NCBI GenBank assembly: GCA_048937405.1
Contig: JBHLNF010000001.1
Span: 880,785-944,784, forward strand
Source: Promethearchaeota archaeon
Lineage (GTDB): Archaea > Asgardarchaeota > Lokiarchaeia > Sigyniarchaeales > SOKP01
Direction: 5' to 3'
DNA length: 64,000 nt
Of the stretch, positions 54,622-64,000 are shown in pieces (position 1 is the stretch's first letter; each line of letters starts with the position of its first letter). The translations under genes and the position numbers were made by a program. Below the pieces are notes generated by a model. It was not told the DNA's origin. It saw only the letters and a list, made by a program, of their open reading frames with translations, and did not search any database.

Positions 54622-55929
54622 TTAATGAGCTTCAGGAATTATAACAATAATAGTGGTACCCTGTGTATGATCTCCCTTAATCTTATCTTCAACCCATATT
54701 TTACCAGAAAAGCTTTTTATTACCTCATTTACAAGCAATAATCCTAATCCAATTCTCTTGAAACCTTTTGGTTTCTCATAAATTGGTTGAAAAAGAGTTT
54801 TTTTCATAGAATCTGGTATTCCTACACCATTATCGATGAATTCTATTTTAATGTCTGAACTAATCTCTTTTTTGTTTTTAGAAATTTTAATCAAAATCTC
54901 TTTTGTAGAATTATCATTATATCTTACTGCGTTATTTAATATGATTCGAAATGCATTTACTAATAAAGTATTAGCATTGACAAAAATATCCTCTCTCTCA
55001 CCAACCAATTCAATCTTAATTTGTTCTTCATAAAATCTTTCTTTTATCTCATTAATTATTTTGTCTAAAATTTCATACAGATTTGTCGGTACGATTTGAA
55101 TTTCTCCTTTCTCTATATCAGAGAGGATTTTAACGTTTTGACCCAATTCTGCACCTCGTTTTACTTGACTAACTGCAATATTTATCAACTCATCTAAATC
55201 TCCCTTTTTATCATAACCTTCTAAATTATGAGAAATTATTTCCAGTGAAAATTGTAAATTTTGCAATATATTGTTTATGTCATGGACAAATAGATCTTTG
55301 TAAAATTCCGCTCTATTATAGGATACTCGATATTTAGTTTCTGATTTAAGAATTAAATCTTCAATAAGAGCGATAACTCCAGTTATAAGCATCATTGTAG
55401 CCATCATAACTCTAGAGAACTCTAAGAATTCTTCCCCTCCAGGAAATCCTAGATCTCTTAAAATACTTGCAATTAATTGTAGAAAACCTGTTATTAAAAT
55501 AAAACTCATAAATGCATACAAAGGTGTTCTTTTTTTAAAATATATTTCTGCGCTCAGGAACAATGCTATAATTAAAAAAAGAGCAATTAATAATTGAAGT
55601 AATAGACTGGTAAAAATTTGAATATTTACAAATAATATTAGATTAAATGATATTATTTTTGATCTTACTGAAAAGGTGTGGTAATATTCCTTAGCTACAG
55701 CAATTACGAATATTAAAACAGTCAAAGCCGAAAACGTGATAGAAATCAATTCTAAAAAATCATAAAGTTCTTGAGACATTAATCTAAAGACTTCTGATAT
55801 AGAAGCAGCAATATAAGCTAAAAGCCATGAAAATAAATCTCTCCTTGTAATGCATACTTTAGCAAGAATAAAAGTAGCGAGAATTATAACGATTGATGTT
55901 GATAAATGGATAATAAAATAATCGCTCAA
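54622..55929 (-). CDS. Membrane sensor histidine kinase
   Basis: About 6 TM segments, H-box HDINNILQ, N-box NAVRY, DNG.GI, GLGL, GT. Confidence 0.92.
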   Translation of the reverse strand: MSDYFIIHLSTSIVIILATFILAKVCITRRDLFSWLLAYIAASISEVFRLMSQELYDFLELISITFSALTVLIFVIAVAKEYYHTFSVRSKIISFNLILFVNIQIFTSLLLQLLIALFLIIALFLSAEIYFKKRTPLYAFMSFILITGFLQLIASILRDLGFPGGEEFLEFSRVMMATMMLITGVIALIEDLILKSETKYRVSYNRAEFYKDLFVHDINNILQNLQFSLEIISHNLEGYDKKGDLDELINIAVSQVKRGAELGQNVKILSDIEKGEIQIVPTNLYEILDKIINEIKERFYEEQIKIELVGEREDIFVNANTLLVNAFRIILNNAVRYNDNSTKEILIKISKNKKEISSDIKIEFIDNGVGIPDSMKKTLFQPIYEKPKGFKRIGLGLLLVNEVIKSFSGKIWVEDKIKGDHTQGTTIIVIIPEAH

Positions 55930-56198
55930 CTAAAAAACCAATTCCTATATCAAATTTAGTTGTTAAGATCTTAATGGATTTAGATATTATAAATGTGTAT
56001 CTATCATAAAAGGTAATTTATAATAAATATTTTTTATAAAAACTCTATCTTTTGTATTCATTTTATATTATTAGTGAAAATAAAATGAGTATAATTTTAC
56101 TCGTTTTAATAGTCTATCCATCAATTGTTTTAAATTAAAGTTGAAGAGTCTAAAAAAAGTCTAAAGGTCCATATGCACTCCTAATACAAAAACTATTT

Positions 56199-56909
56199 AT
56201 GGATTTCTATTATATAGTTCAAATAATGATGTTATCATTACACACGGGATATAAAGAATTAGATTATCTCTTAGATGGAGGAATTCATCCAGGTAGAATT
56301 ACAGAGTTTTATGGTCATACCTGTACAGGAAAAACTCAAATTATTCATCAAATAATTGTGAATTCTTATCTTCCAGAAAATAAAGATGGTTTAAACGGAG
56401 GAATACTTCATATTGATACTAATGGAGATTTCTCTCCTGAAAGAATTATTCAGTTATGTGAATCCAAAGGATTAGATCATGAATCAATCTTCAATGATAT
56501 TCTATTAATTAGACTCATCAATGAAGCGCGTTTATTAGATATGTTTAATATTATAGAAGAAATTGTTCAAAACCAGCAAGTTAAATTGATTACTATTGAT
56601 TCTTTAACTTGGCCTTTAATCAAAATGATTGATGAAAAACAGATTAATGAATCTAGTCTTGAAAAACTATATGACTACCTTATTCACCTTATTGAAAAAT
56701 TCCCTTCTCTTTCAATTGTTTATACAAGTAATTATGTAAAAAAAAACCATTTAACTAGTTATATGACTCATGCTAATATTACTCGCGTAAAATTACAAAA
56801 TGTTAAGGGAAAGCATAAAAGAGCAGAATTAATACAACCTAGTGTAAATTCTAAACAAATAGATTTTAACATAACCAAAGATGGACTTTCTGATCATGGG
56901 ATCGATTAA
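56199..56909 (+). CDS. RadA/Rad51 paralog (ATPase core only)
   Basis: LD.LL.GG, ITEFYG..CTGKTQ, IDT.G.FSPER, IDSL. Confidence 0.85.
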   Translation: MDFYYIVQIMMLSLHTGYKELDYLLDGGIHPGRITEFYGHTCTGKTQIIHQIIVNSYLPENKDGLNGGILHIDTNGDFSPERIIQLCESKGLDHESIFNDILLIRLINEARLLDMFNIIEEIVQNQQVKLITIDSLTWPLIKMIDEKQINESSLEKLYDYLIHLIEKFPSLSIVYTSNYVKKNHLTSYMTHANITRVKLQNVKGKHKRAELIQPSVNSKQIDFNITKDGLSDHGID

Positions 56910-57156
56910 TAAGATGATTCAGTAAAGATATAAATAAATTAACTTTTAATCAACCATAACTACATTTTTTAGAGATAATTTGAAAGGCAGTATATTAGAA
57001 TTAGTTCAATTTTTATAAATAAAATAGTATAATAAAAGCATTATTCCAACTTTATTGATTATTTTTCATTAACTCATAAAATTTTTATGATTTCCCGAAT
57101 TCCTTTCTTTAATTATATCATGATGATATTAAGAATTTATAGTAAGTGAATTATTA

Positions 57157-59409
57157 ATGGTTAAAGTTAAGAACCCAGAAGAAATTGCTAAACTGGTTAC
57201 ATCTGGTTCATATGAAAAAAAAAGGATTTTTAGCATTACTGCTCATATTGATCACGGTAAGACTACAGCTACAGACTACTTATTGCGTAGAGCTGGACTT
57301 ATGCGACCTGAAGACGCAGGTCAACTTCAAATGACAGACTCGGATGATGAAGAGCAAGAAAGAGGAATTACAATTTTTACATCTGTAGTACTGCTTGCAT
57401 TCAATGATCCAAGAAAACCTGATGATGATGAACCTTATATTATTCAACTTAATGATACCCCAGGTCATATTAGTTTTACTGGAGAAGTATCTCGAGCTCT
57501 TAGAGGTTCAGATGGTGCAATCGTGTTAGTAGATGCTCTGGAAGGAGTAATGACACAAACAGAAACTAACATTCGATTATCTGTAGGTGAAGAATTCTGT
57601 AAACCGGTTCTTTTTATTAATAAAGTTGATAGATTGATAAGTGAATTAAAATTAAGTCCTCAAGAAACTTTTGCGAAAATTGATAAAATTACCCGAGAAG
57701 TAAATGATTTAATTAAAAAAGTTAGACCTGAAGGGTCGGATTGGAGTATAGATTTTGCCAAAAATTCTGTTGCTGTTGGTTCAGCTAAACATGGATGGGG
57801 ATTTACTTATGAAATTTTACTTGAAAAGGGTTTAAAACCTCAAGATGTCTTTGCAAAATATAATGAAGGAGACATCCAATGGTTAAGAGATAATTTACCA
57901 TTAGATGAGCCCATGTTACGGATGATTGTAGATCATCTTCCGGATCCAATATCTGCTTCTAAATACAGAATTCCTCATATTTGGGGTCATGATTTAAATT
58001 CAGAACTTGGACAGGCACTTCAAAAAAGTGATCCAAATGGACCCTTGTATGGTATGATTACAAAAATTTTTCTTGATCCTAAGAGAAATTATCAAGCGAC
58101 TCTTATAGGTCGAGTCTTTTCAGGCACATTTGATCAATCCGATACAATTTATCTTATTAACAGTGAGTCAAGTAATCGAGTAAAAAGATTAGGAGTTATG
58201 GAGATAACAGATATTCTAGATATTCCTAAAATACCCGCAGGTAACTTATTTGCATTATTTGGTTTTATCTGTCCTTCTGGTGAAACATTTATGTTAGCAG
58301 ATAATATACCTAAAGATAAGGAAGAAAAAAGAAGATTACCTTCATTTGAAAAAATCCATTATGCTTGTGAAGCGGTTGTCTCTAGAAGCATTAAACCAAA
58401 AGATCCGCATGAAATCGATAAATTAGATGAAGTTGTAAGTAAATGGCTAAAAGCAGATCCTACTGCTGAATATAGAAGAGATGAAGAATCAGGAGAATTC
58501 ATATTATCTGGAATTGATCCATTACAGATTGAAATTTTAGTAAAAAGGATAAATAATCAGGTCAACATTAATATTGGAGAACCAATAATCGTATATCGAG
58601 AAAAAATCACTCAAAAGAGTCCAGAATATTATACTAAGTCGGCAAACACACACAACCGTATTTTATTATACATAGAACCTCTAGATGAAACATCAGAACA
58701 CCTAATTGAAACTGGAAAAGTCAATGACTTACAAAATGAAAAAGATCGAGCCCAAATACTTAGAGAAGAAGCTGGATGGGACGCAAAAGAGGCAAGACGT
58801 ATTGTTGATGTATATCAAGGAAGCGTTCTTGTAAATGGTACCACAGGATTACAGAGATTTGATCGAGTAAAATCATATTTGAGTGCGGCATTTAGAGATT
58901 GGTTAGGTAATTGTATTATCGCTAAAGAACCAGCAACAGGAGTTAAAGTAGTTTTCACAGATATGACAATTCATGAAGACCCCAGACATACACAATATGG
59001 GCAGATTGCAGGAATGTTCTTTTCAGGTGTCTCCTTAGCTATGTTAGACGCAAATCCTCATCTTTTCGAACCAATCCAGAAAATAGATATAAAATCACCT
59101 CAAGGAACGGAAGGAGGAATTAGTACAATCATAACAAAGCGACGTGGTCGAATCACCAATGTAATTCCAGAAGGAGAATACGTAAGAATCCAAGGTCAAA
59201 TCCCTGCAGCAGAGACTATCGGTATTGCTGATGACATTAGAGGCTCAACTCAAGGACGTGCATTCTTTGGCTACGAATTTTTAGGTTTTGAAAAAGTGCC
59301 TCCAAGTTTAGAAGAAAATCTTATCATGGAAATTCGTAAAAGAAAGGGAATGCCTGAAGAATTGCCATCCAGAAAAAGTTGGGAGCGATTTATATATAAA
59401 CGTACGTAA
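57157..59409 (+). CDS. Elongation factor 2 family protein (divergent, probably the Asgard EF-2 paralog)
   Basis: AHIDHGKT, RGIT, DTPGH, NKVD; domain IV loop HEDPRHTQ; not beside rps7/rps12. Confidence 0.9.
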   Translation: MVKVKNPEEIAKLVTSGSYEKKRIFSITAHIDHGKTTATDYLLRRAGLMRPEDAGQLQMTDSDDEEQERGITIFTSVVLLAFNDPRKPDDDEPYIIQLNDTPGHISFTGEVSRALRGSDGAIVLVDALEGVMTQTETNIRLSVGEEFCKPVLFINKVDRLISELKLSPQETFAKIDKITREVNDLIKKVRPEGSDWSIDFAKNSVAVGSAKHGWGFTYEILLEKGLKPQDVFAKYNEGDIQWLRDNLPLDEPMLRMIVDHLPDPISASKYRIPHIWGHDLNSELGQALQKSDPNGPLYGMITKIFLDPKRNYQATLIGRVFSGTFDQSDTIYLINSESSNRVKRLGVMEITDILDIPKIPAGNLFALFGFICPSGETFMLADNIPKDKEEKRRLPSFEKIHYACEAVVSRSIKPKDPHEIDKLDEVVSKWLKADPTAEYRRDEESGEFILSGIDPLQIEILVKRINNQVNINIGEPIIVYREKITQKSPEYYTKSANTHNRILLYIEPLDETSEHLIETGKVNDLQNEKDRAQILREEAGWDAKEARRIVDVYQGSVLVNGTTGLQRFDRVKSYLSAAFRDWLGNCIIAKEPATGVKVVFTDMTIHEDPRHTQYGQIAGMFFSGVSLAMLDANPHLFEPIQKIDIKSPQGTEGGISTIITKRRGRITNVIPEGEYVRIQGQIPAAETIGIADDIRGSTQGRAFFGYEFLGFEKVPPSLEENLIMEIRKRKGMPEELPSRKSWERFIYKRT

Positions 59410-59457
59410 TTTTTTCTAAATTTATTTTTTTAAACTAATTCAAAATATTTAAATTTC

Positions 59458-60030
59458 TTAAGAGAAATCAGAAATCTTAGCTATCTGATATAATTTTCTA
59501 ACAAGTACCTTAAAAGCGTCGGTAACCCCTTGACCTGTTAACGCACTTGTTTTATAATACCCTAAAAATCTATTCATTTTAGCAAATTGAATCACATTTT
59601 CATCTGAAGTAGGTAAACTAGGATTTGATGCTAATGTTCCATCATCAACTAAATCTACTTTATTTCCAAATAGAACTATTGGTATATTACCACAGTGTTT
59701 TTTAAGATCGTCAAGCCATCGAGAAACATGTTCAAAAGATCGTTCTTGCTCTGGATCAAGAGAGAAGACGATTATTGCTCCTGCACTTCCAATATAGAAT
59801 CGTTGTCGTAGGGCTTGAAATTGTTCTTGTCCAGCAATATCCCAAAGAAACAATTCAACTTTCTCTCCATCTATTTCTTCTTCAAATTTTGAAAATTGTG
59901 TTCCTAAAGTAGCAATATATTCCTTTTTAAAAGATCCTTGAGTGTATTTCTTAATTAGAGATGTCTTTCCCACAGCACCATCCCCAATAATTACTACCTT
60001 GAACCCATATCCTTTTCCTTCTTCATTCAT
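59458..60030 (-). CDS. Rab-like small GTPase
   Basis: GDGAVGKT, Y..TLG..F, WDIAGQE, GNKVD, TSA. Confidence 0.92.
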   Translation of the reverse strand: MNEEGKGYGFKVVIIGDGAVGKTSLIKKYTQGSFKKEYIATLGTQFSKFEEEIDGEKVELFLWDIAGQEQFQALRQRFYIGSAGAIIVFSLDPEQERSFEHVSRWLDDLKKHCGNIPIVLFGNKVDLVDDGTLASNPSLPTSDENVIQFAKMNRFLGYYKTSALTGQGVTDAFKVLVRKLYQIAKISDFS

Positions 60031-60213
60031 TATTCTGATTCAACAATAAAAACTATACATCCCTTGTATAGATTATAAAAGTAAGATATTTTAAATTTTT
60101 ACTAAACCTAAACTCATTAATACTTAATAATCAAATCAAATAAATGAAATTAAAAGAGTTATAATATCTCTATATTTTTAAAAGATAATATATAATTTGA
60201 TAAAATAAAGATT

Positions 60214-60768
60214 TCATATATTAGCTTGACGATATAGTCTAAATACTAATGAATGAAAACCCTCTTCAACACCTTGACCCGTTAAGGCGCTTGTTTTGAA
60301 GTATTTCCCTATATTGTAATCTTTTACAAATTTCATAACATGAACATCTGAAGTGGCATAATTAGAGCTAGTTGCTAATGCATTTTGATCAACTAAATCA
60401 GCTTTATTTCCAAATAGTATTACAGGTATATTTCCACAAGCTTCTCTTAAATCTGATCTCCATTTAGTAATATGATTATAAGTTTCAATTTCTTCGGGAG
60501 CAAGAGAAAAAACAATTATAGCGCCACTGCTTCCTTTATAAAATCTATCGCGTAGGATACCGAATGACTCTTGTCCAGCTAAATCCCATAATAATAACTC
60601 CACCATTTCTCCATCAACATCCGTTTCAAATTTTGAAAATTGCATTCCTAACGTAGAAATATAGTCTTTTTCAAATGTATTTGTTGTATATCTTTTAATT
60701 AACGATGTTTTTCCAACTGCAGCATCGCCTACTACAGTTATTTTAAAACTAAAAGCTTTTTCGCTCAT
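60214..60768 (-). CDS. Rab-like small GTPase (tandem paralog)
   Basis: GDAAVGKT, WDLAGQE, GNKAD, TSA; collinear with 59458-60030. Confidence 0.92.
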   Translation of the reverse strand: MSEKAFSFKITVVGDAAVGKTSLIKRYTTNTFEKDYISTLGMQFSKFETDVDGEMVELLLWDLAGQESFGILRDRFYKGSSGAIIVFSLAPEEIETYNHITKWRSDLREACGNIPVILFGNKADLVDQNALATSSNYATSDVHVMKFVKDYNIGKYFKTSALTGQGVEEGFHSLVFRLYRQANI

Positions 60769-61120
60769 TTTTAAGATTTAATTTAATAGTTTTTCTAGTA
60801 ATAAAAATAAGATTTTTTAAGCCTTACTAAAAACTAAATAATATATAAATATCAAAACTTCAAATATTATAAATAGTTAAACAGATAGTCTTTTCTTCAT
60901 TTTATATCTTTCTCGTAATATTTATTTATTCAATTATCCTTGATTAGAATATGAAAAAATTAAGCCTATTAAAAATATTCAAAATACCATTTAGTAAGAT
61001 TAAGGTCTAGATTGTCCCTGAAAAGTTTTAAATTGATCAAACTTAAATATTTATTAATTTATGTATTTCTAAAGAAAAAAATTAAAAATTCAATTAGTAT
61101 CATTTAGATTTTTAAAAATT

Positions 61121-62044
61121 ATGCCCACTCACTATGAAGAGGATGATTTTTTTGAAAAGGATGCAGAAGAGGAACCCTCTTGTTGCGATAGTCCTAAAAT
61201 CAGTGAAGAAGATGGTTTTTATGTTTGTCTAAATTGTGGGTTTGTATATTCACGTATTCTTGATGATAGCCCTCGGAGGGCTTTTACTCAAGAAGAAATT
61301 CAAAAAAGGAAGAGTAATGAGCGAGTTTATAGCCCAATTGGTCCTAGAACAATTATTAGAGGAACACGAGATGCAAGGGGGACATTATTAAGTCCAAAAT
61401 ATAAGTCAAAATTCAACCGTTTGGCAAAAATTCATCGATCTTTAACAACTAGCTATGAAAGAAATCTTTGGATAGCTCTACCAAATTTACAACGTCTACA
61501 AAAGAGATTAGGGATTCCAGACGCAGTTGCTGAAGATGCACTCAGAATCTATACTCAAACAGTCAAAAAGAAGCTAACAATGGGTCGTAGTATTGATACT
61601 TTATTATCAGCTTCGATTTTTGCTGCTCTAAGAGTTCATGGAATACCTAGAACTGCGGAAGAAATCACAAAAGTTGCTCAGATTCCAAAAAAGAAAGTAA
61701 TTAAAAGTTATAGATTAATTTTAATGGAAGTATTACCCAAGTTAAATCTTAAAGTCCAGCACTTCAGTGCTGATCGTTATGTTGATAAATTTAATGAAGA
61801 ATTAAAACTATCCATGAAATGTCGTAATATTGCCGTTAAAATTATTACAAAGGCAAAAGAGAGTGGATTTAATTCAGCAGGAAAAGATCCGAAAGGAATT
61901 GCAGCAGCAGCAATTTATATTGGTTCGAAAATTTGTAATGAGAACAGAACTCAGAAAGAAATAAGTAAACTTGCGAAAGTTACAGAAGTAACACTTCGAA
62001 TGCGAGTAAAAGATTTGCAACGTTATGCAAATGTAATTGAATAA
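61121..62044 (+). CDS. tfb: Transcription initiation factor TFB/TFIIB
   Basis: N-terminal Zn ribbon (CC..CxxC), ERNL..AL, GRS, GKDP.GIAAAAIY, VTEVT.R. Confidence 0.92.
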   Translation: MPTHYEEDDFFEKDAEEEPSCCDSPKISEEDGFYVCLNCGFVYSRILDDSPRRAFTQEEIQKRKSNERVYSPIGPRTIIRGTRDARGTLLSPKYKSKFNRLAKIHRSLTTSYERNLWIALPNLQRLQKRLGIPDAVAEDALRIYTQTVKKKLTMGRSIDTLLSASIFAALRVHGIPRTAEEITKVAQIPKKKVIKSYRLILMEVLPKLNLKVQHFSADRYVDKFNEELKLSMKCRNIAVKIITKAKESGFNSAGKDPKGIAAAAIYIGSKICNENRTQKEISKLAKVTEVTLRMRVKDLQRYANVIE

Positions 62045-62058
62045 ATAAAATCAAAAAT

Positions 62059-64000
62059 CTAGGCTTCAATTTCAATTAATAATTCTTCTTCCTCAAATAT
62101 AGGGAGAAATTCTAGCATCCCTTTAATCTTTGGTAAATAAGTATCAAAACTATATAATCTTATATCAATTAGAAATAATATAAGCATTATATATAATGTT
62201 TCCTCAAGCATATTCTTGTTCACTCCTAAATTAAATAAAAAATTATCGATATTCTTTTTAATTGATTTTAAAGGTTCTCCTGCTTTTAGAAGGGCTAGTC
62301 CATGTAAAAGAATCATCAATGAACAAGTTTCAAAGTCTTTTCTTTTTGAAAATGAGGTTCCTAATTCCAAATATTCTTTTGCAGCGTCTTTAAATTTATG
62401 AGATTTCAACATCTCTAGGATTGATGAGTAATACCGTTTTTTCATTGGTTTTCTCTTCTTGTATATAATATCCTTATCTCTTTGAGCCTCTACCTTTTTA
62501 GATTGGATTTTACCAAATCTTTGATCAATTTCTATTTGTAGCTTAGATTTTTCTCCAAATTCCTTTCGTGTAATTTTATCTCTAAGTTCTTTTTCTGTAG
62601 AAACTATTTTTTCTTTTAGAATTTCTTCCTTTTCTTTTCTAGATGTATCTAATCCCAAATAATCATTTAATAGATCTAATTCTTCTTCAAATAAGGGAAG
62701 TACTTCAAAAAATTGGAGTGAATCTTTAAATTTTGATACATCCTGAATTTCTTTTAATCCAATTATATATTTCAACAAAGTTACAGCAAAAGTTTCTGAA
62801 AATAATTTACCTAAACCCGAGAGTGGTTTTATTGTTTGCTCTAATAGTTTCTTAGCATCATCAAATCTATCTTCTTTTATTAGGATTAGACAGGCTACAG
62901 CTAAAGAAACTCCCGCTAGGCGATATTTATTTCTTAAATTAAATCGATCAATTGTATTTTTATATATCTCAAAAGCTTTATCATACTGTTGATTCTTTAG
63001 ATAAATCAATCCATCACTAAAATATCTCCTTTTTAGTCCTTTCCTTTCCTTTTTATCATTTTCTTTGTCTAATAACGCTTCTCGAGCCCTAGTTTCAATA
63101 ATAGAACCTTTTTCTTTTAATTCTTCTCCTCTACGTGTTTCTTTAGCTTTTTCTGACCGAATAGCACTTTTCTCAGCTTCTAATTTTTCAATTTTCTTAT
63201 GAATTTCTGTTTTATATTCTTTTTTAACAATTTTATCATTATAAATTTGAGCTAAATGTAAATGATCTAAATTAATATAAATTTCAGCAATTTTTTTGTA
63301 AATTTTATTAAAAGTAATATCAATGCTTTCTTCCTTTTCTAAATATGATGTCCTTAAATCTATTACTTTTTTCACATACATTTCTGTTTTATTAATTGAT
63401 GATAGATTTTCTTCTTTTTCCAAAATATCCAAAACTTCACTCTTAATTAGTTTGATAAAAATTGTACTTATTTCTTTAGATTGATCGTAAAGCATTTGAT
63501 TTCGATATATTTTAATTGAATTTTCAAATATCATCTCATTTTTTTTAAAATCCTCTGATTTCCTTAATTCCTGTAGTTTTTGACAAAATTTCGGAAATAT
63601 TCTGGTTAAATATCTTTTCTTCATATCACCAGAAAGTTCAATAAAAAAAGAAAAAAAATCTTCAAATCTTAGACCCTCTAGCAGTGTGTCTAAAGATTTT
63701 GTGAGAATTTGATCTCTTATATCTTCTTTTCCGATCTTTTTAAGGTATTCTGCGTGATTTTTTAAGAGTTTTGCAGCTTTAAGATAACGATTTTGACTTG
63801 CTAGCTCTTTTGCCTTATTTATTTTTTGAGTATTTTCCATTGAAATTATATCGATTTCAGCTTGAACAAAATCTCTTAAAATTTTAATTCCTTTATTAAT
63901 ATAATGTTCAACTTCTTTCTTTTTCAAGACATTATACTTATCTTCTAACTCATCACGGATTTTTGCAATTTGTTGTTTTAATTTCCTTGAAGTTAATTTC
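62059..64000 (-). CDS. Large alpha-solenoid/TPR-like protein, 5'-partial (frame stays open to window end)
   Basis: No in-frame stop between 63927 and 64000; helical repeats and a duplicated C-terminal module. Confidence 0.7.
   Translation of the reverse strand, partial: KLTSRKLKQQIAKIRDELEDKYNVLKKKEVEHYINKGIKILRDFVQAEIDIISMENTQKINKAKELASQNRYLKAAKLLKNHAEYLKKIGKEDIRDQILTKSLDTLLEGLRFEDFFSFFIELSGDMKKRYLTRIFPKFCQKLQELRKSEDFKKNEMIFENSIKIYRNQMLYDQSKEISTIFIKLIKSEVLDILEKEENLSSINKTEMYVKKVIDLRTSYLEKEESIDITFNKIYKKIAEIYINLDHLHLAQIYNDKIVKKEYKTEIHKKIEKLEAEKSAIRSEKAKETRRGEELKEKGSIIETRAREALLDKENDKKERKGLKRRYFSDGLIYLKNQQYDKAFEIYKNTIDRFNLRNKYRLAGVSLAVACLILIKEDRFDDAKKLLEQTIKPLSGLGKLFSETFAVTLLKYIIGLKEIQDVSKFKDSLQFFEVLPLFEEELDLLNDYLGLDTSRKEKEEILKEKIVSTEKELRDKITRKEFGEKSKLQIEIDQRFGKIQSKKVEAQRDKDIIYKKRKPMKKRYYSSILEMLKSHKFKDAAKEYLELGTSFSKRKDFETCSLMILLHGLALLKAGEPLKSIKKNIDNFLFNLGVNKNMLEETLYIMLILFLIDIRLYSFDTYLPKIKGMLEFLPIFEEEELLIEIEA

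Noticed and set aside
1741-62401. Short antisense or alternate-frame ORFs in the track (e.g. 1741-2010, 8512-8745, 10315-10500, 27819-28049, 38503-38712, 46626-46874, 48285-48494, 50391-50648)
   Set aside because: They overlap well-supported genes or repeats and show no recognisable motifs; treated as shadow ORFs.
1-64000. tRNA/rRNA genes, IS elements, integrases, proviral genes
   Set aside because: No GC-rich structured RNA segments or transposase, recombinase or capsid motifs were recognised by eye; a covariance-model scan would be needed to exclude small RNAs.

Overview
Very AT-rich archaeal chromosomal segment, most likely an Asgard archaeon of the Lokiarchaeia type. This is an inference from the archaeal information-processing genes, three small Ras-superfamily GTPases, a divergent EF-2 and a greatly extended AglB. 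The backbone is housekeeping: priL-priS-gins, nop10/aIF2a, AOR, EF-1a, csl4/rpoL cluster, eno, rfcS, truA, aglB, uvrB, uvrA, aIF5B (infB), cca, RadA paralog, EF-2, TFB. Two accessory regions interrupt it. (1) About 18.2-27.6 kb, between eno and rfcS, is an integrase-free, defence-like island: minimal OAS/CD-NTase-like nucleotidyltransferase, AbiTii-like protein, two RxxxxH HEPN-like proteins, AlbA_2/Schlafen, NucC/DUF6602-like nuclease and a GIY-YIG-like nuclease abutting rfcS. (2) About 35.7-50.2 kb, the uvrB-uvrA-infB locus is full of partial duplications of its own genes (three copies of the uvrA promoter/5' end, two uvrA 3' ends, two infB 5' ends) bracketing cargo genes. The main observation is a free-standing double-LAGLIDADG endonuclease directly upstream of an infB allele whose P-loop region differs almost only at synonymous sites from a fossil, endonuclease-free infB 5' end 6 kb upstream. 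This is consistent with intron- and intein-less homing on a classic intein target gene. No tRNA, rRNA, CRISPR array, transposase or integrase was recognised. All alignments and counts were made by eye.
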